Origin: an uncultured virus (IMG/VR IMGVR_UViG_3300023054_000005)
Lineage: Duplodnaviria > Heunggongvirae > Uroviricota > Caudoviricetes
Length of the DNA: 64,000 nucleotides
Direction: 5' to 3' (one strand)
Virus record (IMG/VR): IMGVR_UViG_3300023054_000005
Position numbers and translations under genes: made by a program
In this document: positions 47,614-56,707 of the stretch, piece after piece
Layout of the letters: every line of letters starts with the position of its first letter
Numbering within the stretch: position 1 is the first letter of the stretch
Notes under the pieces: generated by a model
Databases searched by the model: none
What the model saw: the letters and a program-made list of their open reading frames with translations, nothing else
Told to the model about the DNA's origin: nothing

Positions 47614-47685
47614 GCCTCCAAAGCATAAATGGTAATGTACCCGGTTTGTACCCGGATTAACAGGGTTCGATTCCTTGTGGAGGCT
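47614..47685 (+). tRNA. tRNA-Thr(TGT)
   Basis: Acceptor GCCTCCA/TGGAGGC, loop tttgtac. Confidence 0.87.
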
Positions 47686-47752
47686 CAAAAGTAATTCAAC
47701 CTCGCCTATTGAGCAGAACCTCATGTGGGGTGGTCAATGTTTTACTTTTAAT

Positions 47753-47824
47753 GCGAGTGTAGTATAATGGCTATTATATCTGGCTTCCAACCAGAGGACG
47801 AGAGTTCGATTCTCTCTATTCGCT
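47753..47824 (+). tRNA. tRNA-Gly(TCC)
   Basis: Arm TCTGG-cttccaa-CCAGA, GCG start. Confidence 0.88.
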
Positions 47825-48003
47825 CAAAACGGCCTGATTCCGATGCATAGGATAGGGAACGAAGCACACGGATGACGGGTCTGTTTAATATTAAACCTCA
47901 ATATCTTTCGAGTATTGGATTGTTAAACAGATGGGCGCGGATGCCATTCGAATCGTTTTGTCGAATTAGTTGGTAACTCTAAGGTGTTCTAAAAGTTACA
48001 ATT

Positions 48004-48085
48004 GGAAGAGTGGACAATGGTTGTTAAGCTGTCTTGAAAACAGTCGGGTGTAAAAGCTTTGTAGGTTCGAATCCTATCTCTTCCG
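48004..48085 (+). tRNA. tRNA-Ser(TGA), second gene
   Basis: Arm GCTGT-cttgaaa-ACAGT, long variable arm, G discriminator. Confidence 0.82.
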
Positions 48086-48091
48086 CTGAAT

Positions 48092-48163
48092 GTTCCTGTC
48101 GACAACTGGCTAAGTCACTACCCTTTCACGGTAGAGTAGAGGGATCGATACCCTCCAGGAATA
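48092..48163 (+). tRNA. tRNA-Glu(TTC)
   Basis: Arm CTACC-ctttcac-GGTAG. Confidence 0.87.
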
Positions 48164-48336
48164 CAAATTAAAAATTCTTTGCTTGAAGATAAACAATAGT
48201 ATTCAGACTTGTAAAATACCTCAAGTAATATGTAAGCTGTATCAGCAGTTGTGTTTATTGTAGAGGTTATCTACTCTCTGAAACAAAGGAGCGTAATTCC
48301 ATAACTGAAATTTGGACAAAGAGTTTTTAATTAATT

Positions 48337-48408
48337 GGGGTTGTAGCTAAATTGGCTTAGCAGTACCTTTGCAAGGTAAAGTATGTGGGTTCGAGTCCCA
48401 TCTACTCC
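48337..48408 (+). tRNA. tRNA-Ala(TGC)
   Basis: GGGG start with G3-U70, loop tttgcaa. Confidence 0.82.
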
Positions 48409-48625
48409 ACAATAAGTAAGAGATACTTACAGACATCCATGGAGTCTATAAACAAAATGGGGGTACTAGAGTGGACATCCTTAACGCCGCTCTCTGAGGA
48501 ATAAAGACGGGTAATAGAGTCTCCCAGTAATTTGACTTTGTTTCATGTGGTAAGACACTTATGAGTTTGTTTGAAAGGAAATAAAACCGTTAAAATCTAG
48601 CTTAGTAATCTCACTAAGCAAAACC

Positions 48626-48700
48626 GGTCTATTTGTGAACTGGCTATCATGCTACCCTGTCACGGTAGAGTAGAGGGATCGAAACCCTCATAGACCGCCA
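48626..48700 (+). tRNA. tRNA-Asp(GTC)
   Basis: Arm CTACC-ctgtcac-GGTAG, ends GCCA. Confidence 0.88.
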
Positions 48701-48703
48701 AAT

Positions 48704-48774
48704 TGCGGTTTGGTGTAATTGGCAGCATGTAGGGCTCATAACCCTGAGGCGAGGTTCGAGTCCTCAATCCGCTT
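48704..48774 (+). tRNA. Initiator-like tRNA-fMet(CAT)
   Basis: GGG/CCC anticodon stem around ctcataa; mismatched 1-72 pair. Confidence 0.78.
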
Positions 48775-48836
48775 CTAAATAGTTTTACAGGTCGTTCTGT
48801 CCTTGAGTTCTATCCTAAAAACTCTAAAAAAGGCAA

Positions 48837-48909
48837 GGTCCGTTATCTCAGCTGGTAGAGAAGTTCGCTCATAACGAAAAGGTCATAGGTTCGATTCCTA
48901 TACGGACCA
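48837..48909 (+). tRNA. tRNA with CAT anticodon (Ile2 or Met)
   Basis: Acceptor GGTCCGT/ACGGACC (C4 and C5, as in TilS substrates), loop ctcataa. Confidence 0.85.
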
Positions 48910-48992
48910 CAATAATTTTATCCAATATCTCAAATAAATGTATAAGAAGACTTGCCAATGCGAGTCTTCTTTTGTATATTAACACATAAATT

Positions 48993-49157
48993 ATGAACAA
49001 CCAAAAAAACCCAGATGACCACCTTCACCAAAGAATTAACTTCACTAAGTCATGTATCCGTATCTTAGGTTACATTTCTTTATGTTATAGTTTGGATTTC
49101 GCAGTAGGTTTACTTATATTAAGTGAAGGAATAGGAATAGTAGAAGAATTAGTATAA
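48993..49157 (+). CDS. Small membrane protein (54 aa), not in the ORF track
   Basis: MNNQKNPDDHLHQRINFTKSCIRILG...LSEGIGIVEELV*, behind a promoter cassette. Confidence 0.55.
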   Translation: MNNQKNPDDHLHQRINFTKSCIRILGYISLCYSLDFAVGLLILSEGIGIVEELV

Positions 49158-49182
49158 ACCAAAATAAATTAAATAACTAAAA

Positions 49183-49434
49183 ATGAGAGAAATATTGTAC
49201 TTCACAGGGACCTGGTGTGGACCATGTAAACAGTTAGCACCCCGAATGGAAAAATTACAATCCGAAGGAAAAATCAACTTCAAAAAAGTTGATGTAGACC
49301 AAAATACCGAGCTTACGGCGAAATACGCAATACGAAACATCCCCACTCTAGTCTTACTAGAAAATGGTGAAGCAAAAGATAGATTATTAGGGTTAAATAC
49401 AGAACAAGCAATTCAAAACTTCTATAATGGGTAA
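49183..49434 (+). CDS. Thioredoxin
   Basis: WCGPCK active site, VDVD and IPT motifs. Confidence 0.92.
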   Translation: MREILYFTGTWCGPCKQLAPRMEKLQSEGKINFKKVDVDQNTELTAKYAIRNIPTLVLLENGEAKDRLLGLNTEQAIQNFYNG

Positions 49435-49891
49435 ATTTCAATCAAGTAAAGTATTCGACGGATTCAGCACTGTATTCCGTCAATGGAGAGCAGAGGGTAC
49501 AATGTGTAAATTCATACACGGTTATGGAATTTCATTCAAAGTTTACTTTGAGGGTGAATTAGACGATAGGAATTGGGTTTGGGATTTCGGTGGAATGAAA
49601 CGCGCATCTACTTTAATTGATGGTAAACAACCAAAAGCTTGGATGGATTATACTTTCGATCATACCTTGATTGTAGCAGAAGATGATCCTGAAGTAGAAG
49701 CATTTAAACAAATGGGAGAAGCAGGAGTTGCTCAGGTAAGAGTAATACCTTCTACAGGAGCAGAAAAATTCGCAGAGTATATCTTTGGTAAATTAAATGT
49801 ATTTGTTAAAACAGAAACGTTTAATAGAGTTAGGGTTACTAAGGTGAAGTTCATGGAACATGGAAAAAATGCTGCCTATTATTGCGAATAA
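49427..49891 (+). CDS. queD: 6-carboxy-5,6,7,8-tetrahydropterin synthase
   Basis: CKFIHGY, WVWDFG, FDH and AE motifs; adjacent to queE and folE. Confidence 0.85.
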   Translation: MGKFQSSKVFDGFSTVFRQWRAEGTMCKFIHGYGISFKVYFEGELDDRNWVWDFGGMKRASTLIDGKQPKAWMDYTFDHTLIVAEDDPEVEAFKQMGEAGVAQVRVIPSTGAEKFAEYIFGKLNVFVKTETFNRVRVTKVKFMEHGKNAAYYCE

Positions 49892-49897
49892 AAAATA

Positions 49898-50785
49898 GTG
49901 AAACAAAAACCACTTAAAAAAATTATGGAACAAAAACAATTAAAACGATTACCAGACTATGATAAGGTTTTACCTATTGTAGAAGTTTACACCGCTGTAC
50001 AATCAGAAGGATCTAGAGCAGGATACCCAACAGTAGTTATACGTACAACAGGATGTACCCACAGATGTTATTTTGGTGAAGGTGGATGGTGCGATTCTTT
50101 TTATACATCAATCCACCCAGAAAAAGGACAATTTAACTTTAATGATATTAAAGAGGCTTATATCAAAAACCCCCACATCAAAGAGATGATGTTAACCGGA
50201 GGTTCACCTACAATGCACCCTGCGTTAGTAAACGAATTAACACATTTTGCCTACAAAAATGATATCTTTATTACTATCGAAACAGAAGGTAGTCATTTCT
50301 TACCTACAGACTACCCTATCCATTTATTATCTATTAGCCCTAAATTTAGCAATTCAGTACCCGTTGTGGGGGTAGAAACACCTCAAGGTGGAATTACTGA
50401 TGAAAGAATGGTGAAACAACATAATAAACTTAGGTTAAATATAGATGCAATTGCTGATTCGATAGTTTATCATCAAGATTTCCATTTAAAACCTGTATGG
50501 GACGGAAAAGATGAAGTAGCTTTAGCTGAAATAAAAGAATTCATCAATCAGTTAGTAGAAAAATTACATGAAAGAGCTTACGGGACAACATCTTGGACTG
50601 ATGCTTATACAGTAGATGAGATGAATGACTGGATTAAAGAAAAAGTGTGGTTTATGCCTAGTGGTGATACAAGGGAGGGATTATTTCAATCATACCCTTT
50701 AGTATTTGATTGGGTTAGAGATAACGGATACCGCATGACTTGGCGCCCACACATTATAGCATTTGAGCAAGACCGATGCGTATGA
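49898..50785 (+). CDS. queE: 7-carboxy-7-deazaguanine synthase (radical SAM)
   Basis: QSEG..AG.P.V.IR..GC...C...WCD, LTGG.P, IETEG and SISPK; true start may be the ATG at 49925. Confidence 0.9.
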   Translation: MKQKPLKKIMEQKQLKRLPDYDKVLPIVEVYTAVQSEGSRAGYPTVVIRTTGCTHRCYFGEGGWCDSFYTSIHPEKGQFNFNDIKEAYIKNPHIKEMMLTGGSPTMHPALVNELTHFAYKNDIFITIETEGSHFLPTDYPIHLLSISPKFSNSVPVVGVETPQGGITDERMVKQHNKLRLNIDAIADSIVYHQDFHLKPVWDGKDEVALAEIKEFINQLVEKLHERAYGTTSWTDAYTVDEMNDWIKEKVWFMPSGDTREGLFQSYPLVFDWVRDNGYRMTWRPHIIAFEQDRCV

Positions 50786-50933
50786 TAATGTTTAAATACA
50801 ACAATTAATTTGGATAAGCAAGAAGCCCTTCGTATATTGGAGGAAATAGAGGAGAATATTAACGTCTGTTGTGCAATAACAATGGACCCCGATGATGTAT
50901 TAGTTTTAATAGATAAAATAAAAAGTTATATAA

Positions 50934-51635
50934 ATGAGCAATGTTAACGATAGAAGAAAAATCCACGAAGAGTTAGAAGTGGTAAAAGAAGGATTTGCTA
51001 ATGGTGTTGCCTCTGGTTTTCCCTTATCCCATTTAGAAAAACAACAAATGATAGAGGATGCCGCCTCGGCATTCGGTCAGTTTCTAGATGCATTAAGATG
51101 CGATTGGAGAAACGATCCAAATTCAATGGAAACACCAAAACGTATTGCTAAAAAATATGTTTTAGAACAATGGGCTGGGAGATATAATTCCCCACCCTCA
51201 ATTACATCTTTCCCCTCAGATGGTTATCAGGGGATGGTTTTGGAATGTAATATACCTTTAACAAGTATGTGTAGTCACCACCACGAATCTATATTAGGTA
51301 GAGTCCATATAGGATACATCCCGGGTGAAGGGGGTCAAGTTGTGGGTTTAAGTAAATTAAATCGTCTTGTAGAACACTTTGGACGTAGAGGTGCAATTCA
51401 AGAACAATTAACTGTGGCTATCCATCAGGCTATAAATAAGATATGCGAGGGAAATATCGGAGTTGCAGTTTCAATTATAGCATCACATTCCTGTGTATCA
51501 TGTAGAGGTACAGGACATAGAGGAGCATCAATGGTCACCAATGAACTCTCAGGTGTATTTAGGGAAAAACCAGAAGTAAGAAAAGAATACTTCGACTCTA
51601 TTGCAATGGCTAATAATTTAAAAGATAGTCATTAA
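50934..51635 (+). CDS. folE: GTP cyclohydrolase I
   Basis: ETPKRIAK, SMCSHH, GLSKL.R, IQEQLT and H.C...RG motifs. Confidence 0.93.
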   Translation: MSNVNDRRKIHEELEVVKEGFANGVASGFPLSHLEKQQMIEDAASAFGQFLDALRCDWRNDPNSMETPKRIAKKYVLEQWAGRYNSPPSITSFPSDGYQGMVLECNIPLTSMCSHHHESILGRVHIGYIPGEGGQVVGLSKLNRLVEHFGRRGAIQEQLTVAIHQAINKICEGNIGVAVSIIASHSCVSCRGTGHRGASMVTNELSGVFREKPEVRKEYFDSIAMANNLKDSH

Positions 51636-51700
51636 TAAATTAAACCCTTAGTATACTTTTATTACTCTCCTTAGGGTTTCATATATGTATAACAAAAATT

Positions 51701-52405
51701 ATGATTATATACGAAACAACTAATCTGGTAAATGGTAAGAAATATATAGGTAAAGATAGAAATAACTCCCCCTACTATTTAGGTGGGGGGGTTCTTTTAA
51801 AAGAAGATATTCAAAAGTATGGTAAAAATAATTTCATCAAAAAAACAATTGAAACTTGCTTATCTATTGAGGATTTAAAGATTAAAGAGGTTTATTGGTT
51901 AGAATATTATAATACCAAGGATAACCCTCTTTTTTATAATTTAACTAATAAAAGTTATGGGAGCGACGGAGGTCCTACGAAAACACAAAAGTATTTAAAT
52001 AGAGGGAAGCAAATCTCCAAATCTCGAACTGGTAAAACATACCCTCTAGTTAGTGAAGCCCTTCAAGGTCTTAAAAAACCCAAAATAAGTAAGGCATTGC
52101 TCGGAAAACCTAAAACAAAGGAACATAAAAAGAATATAAGTTTAGGAAAAAAGGGAATACCTAGTAAAAGAAAAGGTAAACCCTGTTGGAAGCAAAGAGG
52201 AAAACCTAAACCTGGTGCCGGGGGTAAAGGAAAATTAAAATTAGGAGCAGGACCAAAAACAGGTAAATATATTAAAAATATAGAAACTGGAGAAATATAC
52301 CCCTCAGTTAAAAAATGTATGGAAAAATTTGGAATACATAAAAGGAAAATGTATATTATGTTGAAAGACGAGAATAGTAAATTTAAATATTTAAAATCAT
52401 GTTAA
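51701..52405 (+). CDS. GIY-YIG homing endonuclease
   Basis: IIYETTNLVNGKKYIGKD, YLGGG, FYNL; Lys/Gly-rich NUMOD-like tail. Confidence 0.85.
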   Translation: MIIYETTNLVNGKKYIGKDRNNSPYYLGGGVLLKEDIQKYGKNNFIKKTIETCLSIEDLKIKEVYWLEYYNTKDNPLFYNLTNKSYGSDGGPTKTQKYLNRGKQISKSRTGKTYPLVSEALQGLKKPKISKALLGKPKTKEHKKNISLGKKGIPSKRKGKPCWKQRGKPKPGAGGKGKLKLGAGPKTGKYIKNIETGEIYPSVKKCMEKFGIHKRKMYIMLKDENSKFKYLKSC

Positions 52406-52833
52406 AGGTAGATAATAAGTTAATATTAAGTTGGGGTGATGTAGAAACATTAGTTAAAACATTATGTGAGAAGATTATAACTGAGACACCAAACATAGAT
52501 TCAGTACACGGTATTGCTAGGGGAGGTTTAATCCCTGCTGTAATGGTTTCACATATGTTAGATTTACCTTATGTATACGTAGTAGGTCCTAATACTTTAG
52601 TAATAGATGATATTGCTGATAGTGGAACAACATTAAATAACTCACCGGGTGTGTATACAGCAGTACTACACTATAAACCCCACACTAGTAGTTTTAAACC
52701 CACAATATGGGCTGAGGAGCATAAAGGAGATGAGTGGCTTATCTACCCTTGGGAGAAAACAGATAGTAACCACATACAAGATTATTTGGGTGATGCTGTT
52801 AAAGTTGAAGCTCCAAATCAAACATTTTTTTAA
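52399..52833 (+). CDS. Purine phosphoribosyltransferase-like protein
   Basis: GIARGGLIPA, LVIDDIADSGTT PRPP loop, W..YPWE. Confidence 0.88.
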   Translation: MLKVDNKLILSWGDVETLVKTLCEKIITETPNIDSVHGIARGGLIPAVMVSHMLDLPYVYVVGPNTLVIDDIADSGTTLNNSPGVYTAVLHYKPHTSSFKPTIWAEEHKGDEWLIYPWEKTDSNHIQDYLGDAVKVEAPNQTFF

Positions 52834-52861
52834 ATAAATAAAAACTAAAAACAAGTAGATT

Positions 52862-53059
52862 ATGAATTATTGGCAAGTAGATGTAAAACTTACATTAGAA
52901 AACGAACAAGGTAAAATACAAAGAGTTACTGAAAAGTATTTAGTGGAAGCAATTTCACCAACAGATGCGGAATCCAAAGTGTACAAAGACTTTGAGGGTG
53001 AGAGCAATTTTACAGTAGATAAAATAGTAAAAACCAAAATTATAAAAATAATAGCTTAA
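52862..53059 (+). CDS. DUF4494-like small protein
   Basis: VTEKYLVEAIS.TDAE motif, recalled from a Bacteroidetes family; not search-verified. Confidence 0.55.
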   Translation: MNYWQVDVKLTLENEQGKIQRVTEKYLVEAISPTDAESKVYKDFEGESNFTVDKIVKTKIIKIIA

Positions 53060-53619
53060 TGGGGAAACAATTAGATTTTGGGTTTTATTATTCCCCTAAT
53101 AGTATAGCTGACGTGCCCTTTGTAAATGAAGTAGAAATTTTTAACCACACATTCGGAAAACCAAATGCTTATGAATCAATCATCCCCGAAAAAAAAGAAT
53201 GGCAATTTGTTTACGACTTCGTACTCGAAGAACTTGAAGAATATAGAGAAGCTTGCGAAAGTGGAAACATCGTGGAAGTTTTGGATGCTATTTGTGATAT
53301 TACTTATGTTACCTTGGGGAACGCTACTATGCTACACGGTCTTAAGGATAAGATATGGCCCGCGTATCAAGAGGTACAGGCAAGTAATATGTCAAAAACT
53401 TGTGCAACTGAGGAAGAAGCCATGGATACTGTCACCAAAAGAAGCGAAGAACAGTTTGAGTCATGTCATTTCGAAAAAGTCGGTGGTAGATTCGTAGTAT
53501 ATAGAACAAGAGATAGAAAGGTCATGAAATCAATTTCATACTTCCGACCTGATCTAAGACAATTCTTTACACAAGAGGAATTAGATAAAGATTATCTAAA
53601 ATCAGATACAAACCAATAA
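53059..53619 (+). CDS. MazG-like nucleotide pyrophosphohydrolase
   Basis: EELEEY, EVLDAICDI.YV, V..SNMSK and KVMK motifs. Confidence 0.8.
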   Translation: MGKQLDFGFYYSPNSIADVPFVNEVEIFNHTFGKPNAYESIIPEKKEWQFVYDFVLEELEEYREACESGNIVEVLDAICDITYVTLGNATMLHGLKDKIWPAYQEVQASNMSKTCATEEEAMDTVTKRSEEQFESCHFEKVGGRFVVYRTRDRKVMKSISYFRPDLRQFFTQEELDKDYLKSDTNQ

Positions 53620-53677
53620 ATAAAAACTAGGCTCCTTAAGGGAGCCTTGTTATATTTAATAAAATAAAAGTTTTACA

Positions 53678-55411
53678 ATGTCTTATAAAAAATGTTATTC
53701 TACTAGATTAGGAAACAATAAATATAAAATCCACTTATGGGATGAAGCGGGTTACGATGAAATAGAATGGTATGATTATGCTTACCAAGTATGTTCTCCT
53801 GGGGATGGTAATTATAAAGGTTTAAGTGGTGAATCCTTGAAAAAAATTCAAAAATGGGATAAAAATACACCTAATCTACATTTTAATAAAATGAAAGCGG
53901 AACAAAAATACCTTATTGAGAAATATGGGATTAATGATACTCCTTCGGTAGGTCATAGAGAACTATTTTTTGATATTGAGTGTGAAATTGGTGGGGCTTT
54001 AACTGAAGAGTATATAGAAGGTGCTCCTATGCCTATTACTTCTATCGCTTATTGGGATAAAACCCCGGATGAATGGGTAATTTTAATTTTAGATAAAAAG
54101 AATAATGTTACTTTAACTGAAAATGGGAATACAAAAATAATTCCCCTTAAAACCGAAAAAGAGTTATTATATAAATTCTTAGAATTTTTTAGAGAAATAG
54201 ACCCAGACATTTTAGTGGGATACAATAGTGATTTTTTTGACATTCCTTATCTTTATTATAGAATGTGTAATGTGTTAGGTAAAAATTTAGCGGATATGTT
54301 ATCTCCTTTAGGATTGGTAAATGTCAAGAAAAATAATGATTATTTCTATAAACAAGATCAATATGTTGATTTAATTGGTGTGGAATCATTAGATTATATG
54401 AGATTACATAAAAAATACAGTTGGAAAGATGAACCAAGTTGGAAATTAGATGCTATTGGGGCAAAGTATGTAAATTTAGGCAAAATTGAATATAAAGGAA
54501 ATCTAGATCAATTATTCCAAAAAGATATTCATACTTTTATAAAATACAATTTTCGAGACGTAGAAATACTTCAAAAATTAGATGAAAAGCTCCAATATAT
54601 ATCTTTAACCAAAAATTTATCACATAAAGGAAAACATAATTATAGTGAAGTTTATGCTAACAGTAAAACCCAAGATGGAGCAATTTCAGCTTATTTACTA
54701 TCAAAAGGTATAATTCCACCACCTAAAGAGCCAAACCCACAGAAAAAAAATAATTATGCTGGTGGTTTTTTATTTTGCCCTAAAGCGGGTTTGTATAAAT
54801 ATATGTTTGATGAAGATTTAACTTCTTTGTATCCATCAATTATTATGACTATAAATATAGGTAAAGAAACATTTATAGGCCGCATTATAGATGGGGATGA
54901 TAGAAACAATAGACTAGGACTCAATGATTTAAAAGCCAAAGACCCAGATGAATTGTTAGAAGTTGAAAATGGTAGGAGACAACAAACTAGTGTCAAAGTT
55001 AAAGATTTAATTAACATAATTGAAAATGGAAAATTAGCAGTCTCCGCTAATGGTTCAATGTTTAGAACCGATAAAGAATCTGTTTTATCTACTATTTTAA
55101 AAAAATGGTTTGATGAACGTGTTTTGTATAAAAACCGTATGAAAGAAGCATACAAAGCAGGTGATAAAGAAGCTGGAGAATACAATCACCTAATGCAATA
55201 CACTATGAAAATACTCTTGAATTCACTCTATGGTGCTACAGCTTTACCTTCTTTTAGATACGGAATGAATTTATCCATCCTTAGTGAAGCTATTACATTA
55301 TCTGGCCACAGAATCATTCAGGAATCGGCGTTATGTGCAAACACACACATGAATAAACTTATGAGGGATAATAATTTAGCTACAGAGTTTAAAAGAAAAT
55401 TAAAAATATGA
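53678..55411 (+). CDS. Family B DNA polymerase, N-terminal part (exonuclease, motifs A and B)
   Basis: FDIE, GYN..FFD.PY, YN..DV, DLTSLYPSII, KILLNSLYG. Confidence 0.92.
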   Translation: MSYKKCYSTRLGNNKYKIHLWDEAGYDEIEWYDYAYQVCSPGDGNYKGLSGESLKKIQKWDKNTPNLHFNKMKAEQKYLIEKYGINDTPSVGHRELFFDIECEIGGALTEEYIEGAPMPITSIAYWDKTPDEWVILILDKKNNVTLTENGNTKIIPLKTEKELLYKFLEFFREIDPDILVGYNSDFFDIPYLYYRMCNVLGKNLADMLSPLGLVNVKKNNDYFYKQDQYVDLIGVESLDYMRLHKKYSWKDEPSWKLDAIGAKYVNLGKIEYKGNLDQLFQKDIHTFIKYNFRDVEILQKLDEKLQYISLTKNLSHKGKHNYSEVYANSKTQDGAISAYLLSKGIIPPPKEPNPQKKNNYAGGFLFCPKAGLYKYMFDEDLTSLYPSIIMTINIGKETFIGRIIDGDDRNNRLGLNDLKAKDPDELLEVENGRRQQTSVKVKDLINIIENGKLAVSANGSMFRTDKESVLSTILKKWFDERVLYKNRMKEAYKAGDKEAGEYNHLMQYTMKILLNSLYGATALPSFRYGMNLSILSEAITLSGHRIIQESALCANTHMNKLMRDNNLATEFKRKLKI

Positions 55412-55671
55412 CATTAAAAAAACAATCTATTAGAAAAAATATGATGATTTTAGCTAATAACAAACTAGTTACAAAGGAAGAATTAATAAAGGAAAGTGAA
55501 AATTGGTCTGAACCCCAAGAATTATTTTTTAAAAAAATGATTAAACAAGGAGGTACTTTTAATGTAAATAAAGTTCAATATAAGGTAAGTATAGAACGAA
55601 GAGATGACTTAGACTCCAATGGAAACAAACCCATTAATTTACCCCTCTCCCCAGGAGAAAGATCATTTTAA
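55408..55671 (+). CDS. Hypothetical protein between the polymerase halves
   Basis: 87 aa, ATGA-coupled to the N-terminal part. Confidence 0.6.
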   Translation: MTLKKQSIRKNMMILANNKLVTKEELIKESENWSEPQELFFKKMIKQGGTFNVNKVQYKVSIERRDDLDSNGNKPINLPLSPGERSF

Positions 55672-55717
55672 ATTAAAGTTTATGTTAGTAGAAATACCAA
55701 ATGAAAAGAAATAAGTT

Positions 55718-56668
55718 ATGAAACATTTAGAAGATACACCTTGGTTTATCTGTGATAGTGATGATGAAAATTATTGCGCTTACATGGACACAGACTCAGT
55801 ATACATTAATGCTGAACCCCTATTAAACTTTTTATACCCCAATTTTGAAGGTTTAGAAGATAGTAAAAAAGATGATTTATTAGAGGGGGTAGCATTAGAA
55901 TATCAAGACATAATCACACACCAATATAACACTTTAGCTAAAGAATGTTTTAACGTACCTAATGGTGTAGTTAATAAACATAGATTAGAGATGAAAACAG
56001 AAGCTGTTATCCGATCTGCATACTTTAGGGCAACTCGTCGTTATGCCCAATGGATTACTAAAAAGGAAGGTATAGCTAAGGAAGAATTAGAAATTAAGGG
56101 GTTGGAATTTATGAAAGCTAATTTCCCACCTATTTTAGGAGAATTTTTTAATGATATACTACACCAAGTACTTAAAGGTGGTGAAAAAATTGATATTCTA
56201 GATCAGATTAAAGTTTTTAAAAAACAAATTTTAGACGGTACAATCCCACTAGCAAAATTGGGAAACCCTACCTCAGTCAAAAAGCTAGAAAAATATTCAG
56301 GAAATACCCCCAGATCCGGTGAGATTTTCACGGAAATAAAAAAACGTGCACCAGCACCCGTTAGAGCAGCAATTCGCTATAATGATTTATTAAGACTGTG
56401 GCAGTTGGATAGAACTTATAATTTAGTTACTATGTCTGATAAAGTTAAATGGATTTACTTAAAAGATAACCCATATAAAATAGAGGCATTAGCATTTTTT
56501 GATTATGAAATCCCTGATAAAATCCAAAACTTTCTAACCCTTTATGCTAATAGACAAAGAGTCTTTGAAACTATCTTACTTAACAAATTAGAAGGATTCT
56601 TTTCAGACCTTTCATGGGAACTTAACTTAAATCCTCACCTAAATGTGTTAAAATCCTTTGAGATATAA
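55718..56668 (+). CDS. Family B DNA polymerase, C-terminal part (motif C, thumb)
   Basis: YMDTDSVY, RRYA and IKGLE motifs. Confidence 0.9.
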   Translation: MKHLEDTPWFICDSDDENYCAYMDTDSVYINAEPLLNFLYPNFEGLEDSKKDDLLEGVALEYQDIITHQYNTLAKECFNVPNGVVNKHRLEMKTEAVIRSAYFRATRRYAQWITKKEGIAKEELEIKGLEFMKANFPPILGEFFNDILHQVLKGGEKIDILDQIKVFKKQILDGTIPLAKLGNPTSVKKLEKYSGNTPRSGEIFTEIKKRAPAPVRAAIRYNDLLRLWQLDRTYNLVTMSDKVKWIYLKDNPYKIEALAFFDYEIPDKIQNFLTLYANRQRVFETILLNKLEGFFSDLSWELNLNPHLNVLKSFEI

Positions 56669-56707
56669 AATATCTTTTGTATATTCACTAATATAAAAAA
56701 CAATAAA

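Noticed and set aside
50810..50947. Possible 45-aa TTG-start ORF between queE and folE
   Set aside because: Plausible but short, with a non-ATG start and no recognisable motif.
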